Of a stretch of DNA of 64,000 bases, positions 14,301-27,800 are shown piece after piece. The DNA lies in the NCBI GenBank assembly GCA_028826165.1, contig JAPDFW010000014.1, positions 1 through 64,000 of the forward strand, read 5' to 3'. The notes under the pieces are model-generated. The model searched no databases and was not told where the DNA came from. It saw only the letters and a program-made list of their open reading frames with translations. Source of the DNA: Anaeramoeba ignava BMAN. Lineage: Eukaryota; Protista; Anaeramoebae. The position numbers and the translations under genes are program-made. Position 1 is the first letter of the stretch; each line of letters opens with the position of its first letter.

Positions 14301-15794
14301 ATGGAAACTTATTCAAATTTAGAAAAACTTTCAAATGATTTAAAAAATTTATTTCAAAATCAAAATCAAAATCAAAACCAAGAAGAAAGTTATTTTGATT
14401 TTGAAATAATTTGTGAACAAAATAAAATTTCATTTAAAACTCATAAATCAATTCTTTCTTCAAGAAGTGAATATTTTAAAAATCTTTTCAAATCAAAAAT
14501 GAAAGAATATCAAGAAAATAAATTAATTCTTCAAGATGTTTCAAGTTCAATTCTATTTCCAATTTTGAATTACTTTTATTCAGGAAAAATTGAAATTAAT
14601 TTAGAAAATGCAATAGAAATTTTATTTTTTTCATCAAAATATTTAATTGATGAATTAATTGAAATTTGTTCAAATTTTATCAAAAACAATTTACAAATTG
14701 AAACTATTGTTGATATTCTTAAACTATCTGAAGCAATGAACTTCAATCAATTATTGGATTCTTCTTATCAATTTATTTTAGATAATTTTAAAGAATTTAT
14801 CAAAACTTTATTCTTTCTTGGACTTGAAGAAAATCATTTAAATTCAATTTTATCAAATGATGAAATTATAATAAATGAATTTGAACTTTTCCAATCAATA
14901 ATAAAATGGGGAAAACATAAATTGAATATTAATCATGAAAAAGAAATTAGAAAAGAAACATTACAAAATCAAATTTCAAATATTATTGATAAAATCAGAT
15001 TTATTGATTTTTCAGAACAAGAACTTGAAGATACATTAAAAGAAGATTTAATTCCAAATCAAACTTCACAAAAATTATTTGAATTCCAAAACCTTCAAAA
15101 TCAAAATAATACAAAAAAATTAAATCAATTTATTGAAAAAGAAAATTCATTAATTTTCCAACCAAGATTTAAATTAGATTCAGAAATTATTCAATCAAAA
15201 GAACATATTAAGAAATTAAAAGAATGGATAAATGATGATGATTTCTTTTCCAAAATGAAAAAAGGATTTTCAGCAAAAAGAGATGGGTTTTCTTCTAAAA
15301 CTTGGCATAAGGCAGTTGATGATAAAGGAAAAACATTAGTTATTATCAAAACCAAAGATAATTTTATTTTTGGAGGTTTTACTCAAATTGGATTCTTCCC
15401 AAAAGATAGATCAAAATGGAGTAGAGATTATACATTTAGAAATTATCGATTTGGAAGACAAAATGATCCGAATGCATTTATTTTTTCATTAAGAAATGAT
15501 GAAAATGATAGAAAACCAGAAAAGTTTACAATTAAACAAGATCAAAAATTATTTTCAATTTTTTCTCATTTAGATTATGGTCCATATTTTGGATGTGGGC
15601 AATTTTTTGGGTATGGGAATGATTTACCAGATTTTTGCTTATATTCTGATTTTAATAAACCTGGTTTGTCAAATTTTGGGCATAGTTACAATCTACCTAA
15701 TGAAATTAGTTATGAATCAAATGAGGCTGATAGTTATTTAGCTGGTTCTTTTAATGAATGGGTTATTGATGAACTTGAGACTTATTTCATTTAA
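14301..15794 (+). CDS. BTB/POZ-BACK-TLDc protein, intronless, 497 aa
   Basis: BTB: DFEIIC..FKTHKSILSSRSEYFKNLF..YFYSGKI. BACK: EFELFQSIIKW..IRF. TLDc: SAKRDGFS..WH..VDDKGKTLVIIKT..IFGGFT..AFIFSL..GPYFG..ELETY. Confidence 0.92.
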   Translation: METYSNLEKLSNDLKNLFQNQNQNQNQEESYFDFEIICEQNKISFKTHKSILSSRSEYFKNLFKSKMKEYQENKLILQDVSSSILFPILNYFYSGKIEINLENAIEILFFSSKYLIDELIEICSNFIKNNLQIETIVDILKLSEAMNFNQLLDSSYQFILDNFKEFIKTLFFLGLEENHLNSILSNDEIIINEFELFQSIIKWGKHKLNINHEKEIRKETLQNQISNIIDKIRFIDFSEQELEDTLKEDLIPNQTSQKLFEFQNLQNQNNTKKLNQFIEKENSLIFQPRFKLDSEIIQSKEHIKKLKEWINDDDFFSKMKKGFSAKRDGFSSKTWHKAVDDKGKTLVIIKTKDNFIFGGFTQIGFFPKDRSKWSRDYTFRNYRFGRQNDPNAFIFSLRNDENDRKPEKFTIKQDQKLFSIFSHLDYGPYFGCGQFFGYGNDLPDFCLYSDFNKPGLSNFGHSYNLPNEISYESNEADSYLAGSFNEWVIDELETYFI

Positions 15795-16429
15795 TTTCAA
15801 ATTATTTTTTTCAAAATTTAATTCAATTTTCATTTACTTTCAATCAAATTAATTCCTTCAAATAAATAAATAAGAAAAGAACCAAATTTTAAATAATTTA
15901 ATTTTAATTTAAAATTATTATTAAAAATTTGAATTAATGGAAAAAATTTAATCTAATAAAAAAATGAAAATTGAAAATAGAAATTAATAATAATTAAATT
16001 TCAATTCATTTATTAAAATATTAAAATAAAACAAATTAATGAAAACTTATTATTAAAAATATTTAAAATTCAATTTATATTTTTATTAAAATATTTATTC
16101 CACTTTTTTGAATATATTTTATTATAATTAAAATTGGATTAATAAATAATCAAAAATATTAATAAAATAAATGAAAATATTAATTAAATTTAAAATAAAA
16201 AGTATCTAAATTAATTTTTAATTAGTTATTATTAAAATAAAATATTTATATTTATCAAAATATTTCAATTTTCTTTTAAATATTATTTAGTTATTGGGAA
16301 TAATTTTATACTATTTTAAATAAAGAAATGTTAATAAAATATATAAAAAAGAATTAATTCCAAATCTAATTATTTAATAATCTTTATTCCATTTTTTAAA
16401 TAAATTAAGTAAATTATTTTTAAAATTAA

Positions 16430-17005
16430 AAAATATTAATTTATAGAAAATAAATAATAAATTATTATATTTAAATATTTTATTTATTTTCAATTTGAAT
16501 TTAAAAATATTGAAATTAAATAAATTAAAATTATTAAAAATAATGAAAAAATTAAATCAAAAATTAATCAAAATATAAATTATTTTTATAAAGAAAATAT
16601 TAATTTTTAGATAAATAATAAATTAATATATTTAAATATTTTATTTATTTTTAATTTGAATTTAAAAATATTGAAACTAAATAAATTAAAATTATTTTAA
16701 ATCAAAAATTAATCAAAATCATAAATTATTTTATAAAGAAAATATTAATTTTTAGATAAATAATAAATTAATATATTTAAATATTTTATTTATTTTTAAT
16801 TTGAATTTAAAAAATAATGAAACTAAATAAATTAAAATTATTAAAAATAATGAAAAAATTAAATCAAAAAATTAATCAAAATATAAATTATTTTATAAAG
16901 AAAATATTAATTTTTAGATAAATAATAAATTAATATATTTAAATATTTTATTTATTTTCAATTTGAATTTAAAAAATATTGAAACTAAATAAATTAAAAT
17001 TATTA
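16430..17005. repeat. Tandem satellite, about 145-163 bp, about 3.5 copies, upstream of FTHFS
   Basis: ATAAATAATAAATTA(A/T)TATATTTAAATATTTTATTTATTTT at about 16450, 16610, 16755 and 16917. Confidence 0.8.
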
Positions 17006-17088
17006 AAGGAAAATTTTTTTTTTCAATTTAAATTTTTCATTTTTTTTTTGATTAAAAAAAATTTAATAAAGAAAATAAAAAGAAAAAG

Positions 17089-19355
17089 ATGAAAAAATTA
17101 GAAATTAAAACACCAACACCAACAGATATTGAAATATCACAATCAAGTGAATTATTAACAATAGAAGAATTAAGTAAAGAAATTGGATTATTATCAAATG
17201 AATATGAAATACATGGAAAATATCGAGGAAAAATAACACTTGAAGTTTTAGAAAGATTAAAAAATCAAGAAAATGGAAATTATGTTTTAGGTTTTTATTA
17301 TTTTTTAAATTGATTTAAATTTATTATTTTTAATTGATTTGATTATTTTTAAATTGATTTGATTTAAAGTTACTGGTATTAATCCTACTTCTTTTGGTGA
17401 AGGAAAAACTACTACTTCTCTTGGTTTATCTCAAAGTTTAGGTGCTCATTTAAATAAAAAAGTTTTTACTTGTTTAAGATGTCCTTCAAGAGGTTTTTAT
17501 CATTTAAATAAAAATAAAAATCAAAATCAAAATTTAAAATTAAAATTAAAATTAAAATCAAAATCAAAATCAAAATCAAAATTTAAAATTAAAATTAAAA
17601 TCAAAATTAAAATCAAAATCAAAATCAAAATCAAAATCAAAATTAAAATTAAAATCAAAATTAAAATTAAAATTAAAATCAAAATTAAAATCAAAATTAA
17701 AATCAAAATCAAAATTAAAATTAAAATTAAAATCAAAATTAAAATTAAAATCAAAATCAAAATCAAAATTAAAATCAAAATTAAAATTAAAATCAAAATT
17801 AAAATTAAAATCAAAATTAAAAATCAAAATCAAAATCAAAATCAAAATTAAAAATCAAAATCAAAATTAAAATCAAAATCAAAATAAAAATCAAAATTAA
17901 AATTAAAATTAAAATTAAAATTAAAATCTAAAATCAAAATTAAAATCAAAATCAAAATTAAAATTAAAATCAAAATCAAAAATTAAAATCAAAATCAAAA
18001 TTAAAAATCAAAATTTAAAATTAAAATTAAAATCAAAATTAAAATCAAAAATCAAAAATTAAAAAGAATTAAAATCAAAATCAAAATCAAAATCAAAATT
18101 AAAATCAAAATTAAAAATCAAAATTAAAATTAAAAATCAAAATCAAAATCAAAAATCAAAATTAAAAATCAAACAAAAATCAAAATTTAAAATTAAAATC
18201 AAAATCAAAATCAAAATCAAAATCAAAATCAAAACTAAAATTAAAATCAAAATTAAAATCAAAATCAAAATTAAAATTAAAATCAAAATTAAAAATCAAA
18301 AATTAAAATCAAAATTAAAATCAAATTAAAAATCAAAATCAAAAATTAAAATCAAAATTAAAATCAAAATCAAAATTAAAATCAAAATCAAAATTTACTA
18401 AAATCAAAATTAAAATCAAAATTAAAATCAAAATTAAAAATCAAAATCAAAATCAAAATCAAAATCAAAATTAAAATCAAAAATTAAAATTAAAATTAAA
18501 ATCAAAATCAAAATTAAAATCAAAATCAAAAATCAAAATCAAAATCAAAATCAAAATCAAAATCAAAATTAAAATTAAAATCAAAATCAAAATCAAAATT
18601 AAAATCAAAATCAAAATCAAAATTAAAATCAAAATCAAAATTAAAATTAAAATCAAAATAAAAATCAAAATTAAAAATTAAAATCAAAATTAAAATTAAA
18701 ATAAAAATCAAAATTAAAATTAAAATCAAAATTAAAATCAAAATTAAAATCAAAATTAAAATCAAAATTAAAATCAAAATCAAAATCAAAATTAAAATTA
18801 AAATTAAAATCAAATTATTAGGACCAACATTTGGAATAAAAGGAGGAGCATCAGGAGGAGGTTTTTAATTCAAAAAGAAAAAGAAAAAGAAAAGAAAATA
18901 ATAACAAATAATAATTGAAAATAAAATAAAAAATAAACAGGATATTCACTTGTTGTTCCAATGGATGAATTTAATTTATTTCTTCCAGATATAGATGCAG
19001 TTTCAATAGCAAATAATTTATGTGCTGCAGCGATTGATACAAGAATGTTTCATGAAAGTTATCAAAAAGATATAGATTTATTTAATAGATTATGTCCTAA
19101 AGATAAAAATGGAAACAGATTATTTACTAAATCAATGTTAATAAGATTGAAAAAACTTGGAATTGAAAAACAAAAACCAGAAGATTTAACAGATTTAGAA
19201 ATTAATCAATTTTGTAGATTAAATATTGATCCTCAAACTATAACTTGGAAAAGAGTTGTTGATGTTAGTGATAGATATCTTAGAAAAATTACAGTTGGTC
19301 AATCTCAAACAGAAAAAGGAAGAATTCGTGAAACTGGGTAGATTATTTATTTATT

Positions 19356-19389
<34 letters not shown>

Positions 19390-22300
19390 AATTTTACATT
19401 TAATTAAGAAAGGAAATCAATTTATAAAATATTAATGAAATGAATTTATAAAATATCAAGGAAATGAATTTATAATTAATTTATAAAATATTAAAGAAAT
19501 TAATTTATAAAATATCAAAGAAATGAATTTATTTGAAATTAATTTATAAAATATTAAAGAAATGAATTTATAATTAATTTATAAAATATTAAAGAAATGA
19601 ATTTATTTGAAATTAGTTTATAAAATATCAAAGAAATGAATTTATAATTAATTTATAAAATATCAAAGAAATGAATTTATTTGTAATTAATTTATAAAAT
19701 ATTAAAGAAATGAATTTATTTATAATTAATTTATAAAATATTAAAGAAATGAATTTATTTAAAATTAATTTATAAAATATTAAAGAAATGAATTTATTTG
19801 AAATTAATTTATAAAATATTAAAGAAATGAATTTATAAAATATTAAAGAAATGAATTTATAAAATATTAAAAAAATTTTGAATATTAAATATTAATAGTT
19901 TTGATATTGCTGTAGCATCTGAAGTTATGGCTATTCTTGCACTTGCTAATTCTTTACAAGATTTAAGAGAAAGAATAGGAAGAATTGTTGTTGCAAGAGA
20001 TAAAGATTCAAGACCAGTATTTAATCAAAAAAAAATAATTTAGAAAAAGGAAAAGAAACTGAAAAAGAAAATATTTATTTTTTATCCGATTTTAATAAAA
20101 ATAATAATAAGGTTACAACAGAAGATTTAGGAGTAGCAGGAGCAATGACAGTATTACTTAAAGATGTTATTAAACCTAATTTAATGCAAACAATTGAAAA
20201 AACACCAGTTTTAGTTCATTCAGGACGTAAAATATTAAAATATTCAAATATTCAAATATTCAAAAAAATAATTGATTTTGATTTTGATTTTGATTTATTT
20301 ATTTTGATTTAGCATTTGCAAATATTGCTCATGGAAATTCTTCAATAATTGCAGATAAAATTGCATTAAAACTTGTTGGAAAAGATGGATATGTTGTTAC
20401 AGAAGCAGGATTTGGAGCAGGTAGATTAAAAAAAACACAAATTTTATTTGAAAAGAAAACAAAATTGATATAAAATTGATTTAAAATTAATTTAAAATTG
20501 ATATAAAATTGATATAAAATTGATATAAAATTGATATAAAATTGATATAAAATTGATATAAAATTGATATAAAATTGATATAAAATTGATATAAAATTGA
20601 TATAAAATTGATTTAAAATTGATTTAAAATTGATATAAAATTGATTTAAAATTGATATAAAATTGATTTAAAATTGATTTAAAATTGATTTAAAATTGAT
20701 TTAAAATTAATTTAAAATTGATATAAAATTGATATAAAAATTGATTTAAAATTGATTTAAAATTGATTTAAAATTGATTTAAAATTGATTTAAAATTGAT
20801 TTAAAATTGATTTAAAATTGATTTAAAATTGATTTTAAAATTGATTTAAAATTAATATAAAATTGATTTAAAATTAATATAAAATTGATATAAAATTGAT
20901 ATAAAATTGATATAAAATTGATATAAAATTGATATAAAATTGATATAAAATTGATATAAAATTGATATAAAATTGATATAAAATTGATATAAAATTGATA
21001 AAATTAAATTGATTTAAAATTGATATAAAATTGATATAAAATTGATTTAAAATTGATTTAAAATTAATATAAAATTGATATAAAAATTGATTTAAAATTA
21101 ATATAAAATTGATATAAAAAATATAAAATTGATTTAAAATTGATATAAAATTGATATAAAATTGATTTAAAATTGATTTAAAATTGATTTAAAATTGATT
21201 TAAAATTGATTTAAAATTGATTTAAAATTGATATAAAATTTATATAAAATTGATATAAAATTGATATAAAATTGATTTAAAATTGATATAAAATTGATAT
21301 AAAATTGATTTAAAATTGATATAAAATTGATTTAAAAATTGATATAAAATTGATATAATTAAAATTGATTTAAAATTGATATAAAATTGATTTAAAATTG
21401 ATTTAAAATTGATTTAAAATTGATTTAAAATTGATTTAAAATTGATTTAAAATTGATATAAAATTGATATAAAATTGATATAAAATTGATATAAAATTGA
21501 TATAAAATTGATATAAAATTGATATAAAATTGATATAAAATTGATATAAAATTGATTTAAAATTGATTTAAAATTGATTTAAAATTGATATAAAATTGAT
21601 TTAAAATTGATTAAAAATTGATTTAAAATTGATTTAAAATTGATTTAAAAATTGATATAAAAATTGATATAAAATTGATATAAAATTGATATAAAATTGA
21701 TATAAAATTGATATAAAATTGATATAAAATTGATATAAAATTGATATAAAATTGATTAAAAATTGATTTAAAATTGATTTAAAATTGATTTAAAATTGAT
21801 ATAAAATTGATTTAAAATTGATATAAAATTGATTTAAAATTGATATAAAATTGATTTAAAATTGATTAAAATTGATATAAAATTGATATAAAATTGATTT
21901 AAAATTGATATATAAAATTGATTTAAAAAATTGATATAAAATTGATGTAAAATTGATTTAAAATTGATATAAAATTGATTTAAAATTGATTTAAAATTGA
22001 TTTAAAATTGATATAAAATTGATATAAAATTGATATAAAATTGATATAAAATTGATTTAAAATTGATTTAAAATTGATTTAAAATTTATATAAAATTGAT
22101 ATAAAATTGATATAAAATTGATTTAAAATTGATTTAAAATTGATATAAAATTGATTTGTAAATTTAAAAAAAATATATATAAAAGATTGTGGAGCTGAAA
22201 AATTTTTTAATATTAAATGTAGATCAAGTGGATTAACACCAAATTGTTGTGTAATTGTATGTTCACTTCGAGCATTAAAAACACATGGAGGAATACCATT

Positions 22301-23025
22301 ATCTGAATGTAAAAAGCCAAATATTGAAGGAGTTATTAAAGGATGTTCAAATTTAAAACAACATATTGAAAACATATCAAAATTTGGAATACCAACAGTT
22401 GTTTGTATTAATCAATTCATCAACGATACAGACGAAGAAATTGCAGCAGTTATTACCGAGGCAAAAAAAGCAGGAGCATTTGATGCAGTTTCTTCTACTC
22501 ATTATGCAAGGGGAGGTGAAGGTGCAATTCAGTTAGCAACAAGTGTGATTGAAGCGTGTCAAATGAAAAACAATTTCAAGTTTCTTTATGAATTAAATCT
22601 TCCAATTAAATCAAAGATTGAGATTATTGCGAAGGAGATTTATCGGGCAGATTCTGTGAAGTATGAAGGAACAACTGAGGAAGATATTGAAAATTTTGAG
22701 AAAAATGGATTTGGAAATCTTCCAATTTGTATTGCTAAGACTCAGTATAGTTTTAGTCATGATCCTAAACTTTTGGGTACTCCAAATGGTTTTGTTTTTC
22801 CTATTAGAGAGATTAGAGCAAGTATTGGTGCTGGTTTTATTTTCCCTATTTCTGGAGATATTTCAACAATGCCTGGATTGGTAAAAACTAAATAAAATTT
22901 TTTTATCCGATTTTAATTTTAATTTTAATTTATTTTTAATTTTTAATTTTTAATTTTAGCCAACAAGACCTGCTTATTACGATATTGATATTGATGAAAA
23001 AGGAAATATTACTGGACTTTTTTAA
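17089..23025 (+). CDS. fhs: Monofunctional formate--tetrahydrofolate ligase (FTHFS), 9 exons, 620 aa
   Basis: Exons 17089-17290, 17370-17492, 18822-18860, 18941-19337, 19899-20016, 20112-20226, 20313-20420, 22186-22880 and 22960-23025 join in frame (1863 nt). Motifs [58 protein letters not shown] and MPGLPTRP. Confidence 0.95.
17515..18815. repeat. (AAAATY)n hexamer microsatellite filling FTHFS intron 2
   Basis: AAAATC/AAAATT mosaic seen directly; source of the spurious ILIL/FNFD ORFs. Confidence 0.95.
19420..19870. repeat. Minisatellite in FTHFS intron 4
   Basis: Repeated TTTATAAAATATTAAAGAAATGAA with variable linker. Confidence 0.85.
20461..22156. repeat. 11-bp satellite (AAAATTGATWT)n, about 150 copies, FTHFS intron 7
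   Basis: Seen directly; two variants GATAT and GATTT. Confidence 0.95.
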
Positions 23026-23970
23026 ATCAAAATTAAATCAAAATTAAATCAAAATAAAATTAAATTAAATCAAAATAAAAATTAAAATAAAAATTAAATC
23101 AAAATTAAAATTAAAATTAAAATTAAATAAATAAAAATTAAATTTCAAAATTTAAATTAAAAAAAAATTAAATTAAAATTAAATCAAAAAAATCAAAAAT
23201 TAAAATTAAATTAAAAATTAAATTAAAATTAAATTAAAAAATTAAATCAAAAATTAAATCAAAATTAAATCAAAATTTAAATTAAAATCAAAATTAAATC
23301 AAAAAAATAAAATTAAATTAAAATTAAATTAAATTAAAATTAAATTAAAAAATTAAAATTAAATCAAAAAAATTAAATTAAAATTAAATTAAAATTAAAT
23401 CGGATAAAAAAACCAAAATTAAATTAAAATTAAATCAAATTAAAAATCAAAATTAAATAAAAAAATAAAAAAATTAAAAATTAAAATAAAAAATTAAAAT
23501 TAAATTAAAATTAAAATTAAAATTAAAATTAAAATTAAATTAAAATTAAATTAAATTAAATTAAAATTAAATTAAATCCAAAATTAAATTAAATTAAATT
23601 AAATTAAAAAATTCAACCGAAAATTAAAATTAAAATTAAATCAAAATTAAATCAAAATTAAAATTTAAATTAAATTAAAATTAAAAATCAAAAATCAAAA
23701 TTAAATCAAAATAAAATTAAAATTAAATTAAAATTAAATTAAAATTAAATTAAAATTAAATCAAAATTAAATCAAAATTAAAAAAATTAAATCAAAATTA
23801 AATAAAAAAAAATTAAAATTAAATTAAAATTAAAATTAAAATTAAATTAAAATTAAATCAAAATTAAATTAAAATTAAATTAAAATTAAAATTAAATTAA
23901 ATTAAAATTAAATTAAAATTAAAATTAAAATTAAAATTAAATTAAAATTAAAATCTAAATTAAAATTAAA
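23026..23970. repeat. Low-complexity (AAATT/AAAATT/AAAATC)n intergenic array
   Basis: Seen directly between the convergent FTHFS and BUD31 genes. Confidence 0.9.
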
Positions 23971-24102
23971 TAAAATTTTTCATTTTCAAAATAATTTTTT
24001 AAATAAATTTAAATTCAAAAATAGTTTTATTATTTAAAATAATAATTAAAATTTTCTAAAAAAAAAATAAACGAAATAAAAGGAAAGAAGAATAAAAACA
24101 AA

Positions 24103-24714
24103 TCAACCACAACCACGACAACCACAATTAAAGCATTGAACAGGTTTTTGAGATTTCCTATCTTTTTTTGGAACTCTACAAATACAACAATTACCATGAG
24201 TTGTATCACGAGTTTGAATACATTGTAAACAACAAAGCCTTTCAAAACTAAAAATCCAAATTAGAAAATCAAATCAAAAGAAAATAATCTCATTGAAAAA
24301 CTTACCCAGGTTGTTTCCATTTTTCCATAAGAGGTCCATCTGCAATTTTATATTTTACACAATATTCAAATAATTCTTTTGATATTTCTTTTTTTTTATA
24401 ATACATTTCAAAAATATATCTTGATCTTTGATGATTTATTTGGAAAATTGGCCATAAAGCTTCATTCTTTCTTTTTCCTTGATGAGGTTGAGATTCAGCT
24501 TTATTTAAAGAAGAAAAAAAAAATTAAATTAAAAAATTAAATTAAAAAATTTAAATTAAAAAATTTTAAATTAAAAAATTTAAATTAAAAAATTAAAGTA
24601 ATTTTTAATTTAAAAATTACCTTCTCGCATTTTTTGGTCAAATTCTTCTATTTTATCTGATATAATTTCCCAACCTTTTGGAGGTTTAGTTTTTCTTCTT
24701 CTTGCTAAAGACAT
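24103..24714 (-). CDS. BUD31: Splicing factor BUD31/G10, 3 exons, 143 aa
   Basis: Exons 24714-24621, 24498-24306 and 24247-24103. PPKGWEII..FDQKMREAE..EALWPIFQINHQRSRYIF..KWKQPGFERLCCLQCIQ..CICRVPK..CFNCGCRGCG. Confidence 0.96.
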
Positions 24715-24719
24715 TATTT

Positions 24720-24790
24720 TTAAAAAAAAAATGAAAAAAAAAATGAATTTAAATTTTTTCATTTTTTTTCATTTTTTTTCAATTTTTTTA
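24720..24790. promoter_or_regulatory. Compact bidirectional promoter with back-to-back TTTTCATTTT clusters
   Basis: AAAATGAAAAAAAAAATGAA / TTTAAA / TTTTTTCATTTTTTTTCATTTTTTTTCA between divergent ATGs at 24714 and 24810. Confidence 0.65.
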
Positions 24791-24809
24791 AAAACAAAAA
24801 CAAAAACAA

Positions 24810-27800
24810 ATGACATCAAATCAAAATCAAAATCAAAATCAAAATCAAAATCAAAATCAAAATCAAAGTCAAAATTTAATTAGAAAAGTTTCTTCTGAAG
24901 AAAAAATAACAACAGAATCTCAAAATTTTTTTAGTAATTTTTTTAATCAAAGAAAAAGTAGAATTTTAAAACATTTAGACAGAACTTTAAGTTTTTCAGA
25001 ACAAACACAAAAAAAAGTAAAATAAATTTTAAATAAAAAAAAATATAAAATTAATTAAATAATTTTATAAATAATTTAGACACTTGAAAAATGGGTTCAA
25101 TTTAATTTAAATGAAAGAAATTTAACTTTTGATGATTTAAAAACAGATTTTCAAGATGGAATTAAATTAATAAATCTTCTTGAAGTTTTAAGTGGAAAAA
25201 CGTAAATAAAATTTAAAATAAAATTTAAATTAAAAAATTAAATTAAAAAATTTAATTAAAAAATTAAATTTAAAAATTAAATTAAAAAATTAAATTAAAA
25301 TTTAAATTAAAAAATTAAATTAAAAAATTTAAAGTATTCCAAAATATCAAACAAAACCTACTACAAGAGTACTTCAATTAGAAAATATTACTCTATGTTT
25401 AAATTTAGCAAAATCTATAGGAATTTCTTACTCAATTTGTGCTGAAGATATTCTTGAACAAAATGAAATTTTAATTTTAGGAATGATTTGGAATTTTGTT
25501 CAATTTTTCTCAATTTATTCATTAATTCCAAACAAAGAAATTAAACCATTAAATTTAATCCTTTTTTGGTGTAAAAAATGTGCTTCTTCTTTTAAAATTC
25601 GTGTTGATAATTTTTCTACAAGGTTTTTATTTTAAAAAATAATTTTTTTATCATTTAATTTAATTTAATTTATTTTTATTTTTAGTTTTTATGATGGATT
25701 TGCTTTTGCTTCAATTATTAAAACTTATTTTCCTGATAAAATTGATTTAAAAAATTTAGATTCTGTAAAAAAAAATTTATAAAATAAAATTAATTTAAAT
25801 TTAAATTTAATTTTATTTAAATTTAAAGAATGAAAATGAAAAAAATGTTAAACAAGTATTTGATATTCTTCAAGAATTGGGAATACCTCAAATTATTGAT
25901 ATCCAAGAATTTTTAGAACGTAAAACAGATGAAAAATCAATTTTTATTTACATTTCAATTTTATTTCAAAAATTTGTAAAAAAAGAAGAGGTAAAAAAAA
26001 ATTAAAAAGAAAAATTATATCTTTTTATACATTTTATTAATATATATATAAAAAGGCAAATAAATTAATTGAACAATATAAAGTTAATATAAGAGAAATG
26101 AAGAAAAGATTACAAAGAAAAAATTCAGTTGATGATTCTCAAAATATTCAACAAGGAATATCAAAAACAAACAAATCACCATCTTTATCAAAAATCAAAG
26201 CAGTTAAATTCCAAAATGAAAATCCAGATTTTTCATTAGAACAAATGCATGATAAACATAGAAAAGAAGTACAAAAAATTGAAAAGGAAAATGAAATGCA
26301 AATTTTACAACTTTTTAAACAACTTCAAGAAACACAAAAAAAAATTCAACAAACTCGACTTCAAATTAAAAAACAAAAAGAAAGAAAAGGAATCAAATCA
26401 AATTTACCTTCAAATCAAGATTTCAATATTAATATTAATATCAATATTGAAAATGAAAATCAAAATGAAAATCTTCCAGACAAAACGGAAACAATAACTA
26501 AGATTGAAAATTTAAAAGAAAACCTAAAAAGTATTGAAAGTGATATAAATTCATCTCAAACCAAATTTAAAAATGAAAGTGAGCAATTTGAAGAAAAAAT
26601 AAAATTGCTTGAAAAAGAAATTTCGGAACATCAAAAAAGCCAAGAAGAAGAACAAAACGAAAAAACAAGTTTAATTACAGAGAAAAATCAACTCGAAATT
26701 GAATTATCTGTAATGAGAAAAGAATATGAAAAAATGGATGCACGATTACAAAAAATTAGAACAAGAAGATTGAAACAAGAAAAACAACTTAAAAAAGTTT
26801 CCAAAATTTCACAAAATGAAACCAATTTGAAAATTGAAGAAAAAAATGAAAATTTGAAAAAACAAATTGAGGAAAATCAATTGGAAATTGATGATTTAAT
26901 AGATAAAAACAAACAAAAGAAAACAAATCTTGAAAAAAATGTTGTTAAATTGAAAATACTTTGGGAACAAAAAAGCCTCAAAAATCAAGAACTGAAAAAT
27001 CAATTAATAGATGATCGAAAAAATTTTGAAAACGAAAGAGTTCTTCTTGAAAAACATGCAGAAAGTTATCAAGAAAAATTAAATGTTTACACAGAAAAAA
27101 TATCAAAATTACAGAATAAAAAAAAAGGTATTAAAAACTCAATAAAAGAACTTGAGGTGAAAAAACAAGGAATTGAAGAGGAAGAGAAACAAATATTGGA
27201 AGAACAAAATTTAATTGAAAAAAACATTTTGGGAATTGAAGAAGAAATTAGAAAAAACGAGGAAAAACTTGAGAAATTAAAGGAAGATAAAGGAAGTGAA
27301 ATTGATTTGAAAAACGAGGAAATTCATTCGAGTCTTTCAAAAGAACTTGAAGAATTGAAACAAAAAAACAGGGATTTAGAAAGGAAAAATAACATGAAAC
27401 AAAGAAGTCTTAAATTGGAAATTTCAAGAAATGAAGATTTAAAAAACTTGATAGATTTAAATCAGAAATTAGATCGAGAACAAATTTCTCAGTTAAAAAA
27501 CGAAATTTCAAGTTTGAAAATGATGATTAAAAACGATCAAGAAAATTTTCAAAAGCAAATGGAACAAAGACTTTTAGAACTTCGTAAAATTAATGGGATT
27601 CTTATTGATAAAAATGAAAAAATACAATCATTAGAAGATGAGGTTAATGAATTGCAGTTTAAAATTGATAATGATAATAAAAGACATGGTAAAGCAATTG
27701 TTCAACTTGAAGAGGAAATTGAGAAGGAAAAATTGCAGTCAGAAAAATTAAGCAAAGCAAATTCTGCTTTATCAAGAGAATTTGAAGATTCAATTGCAAA

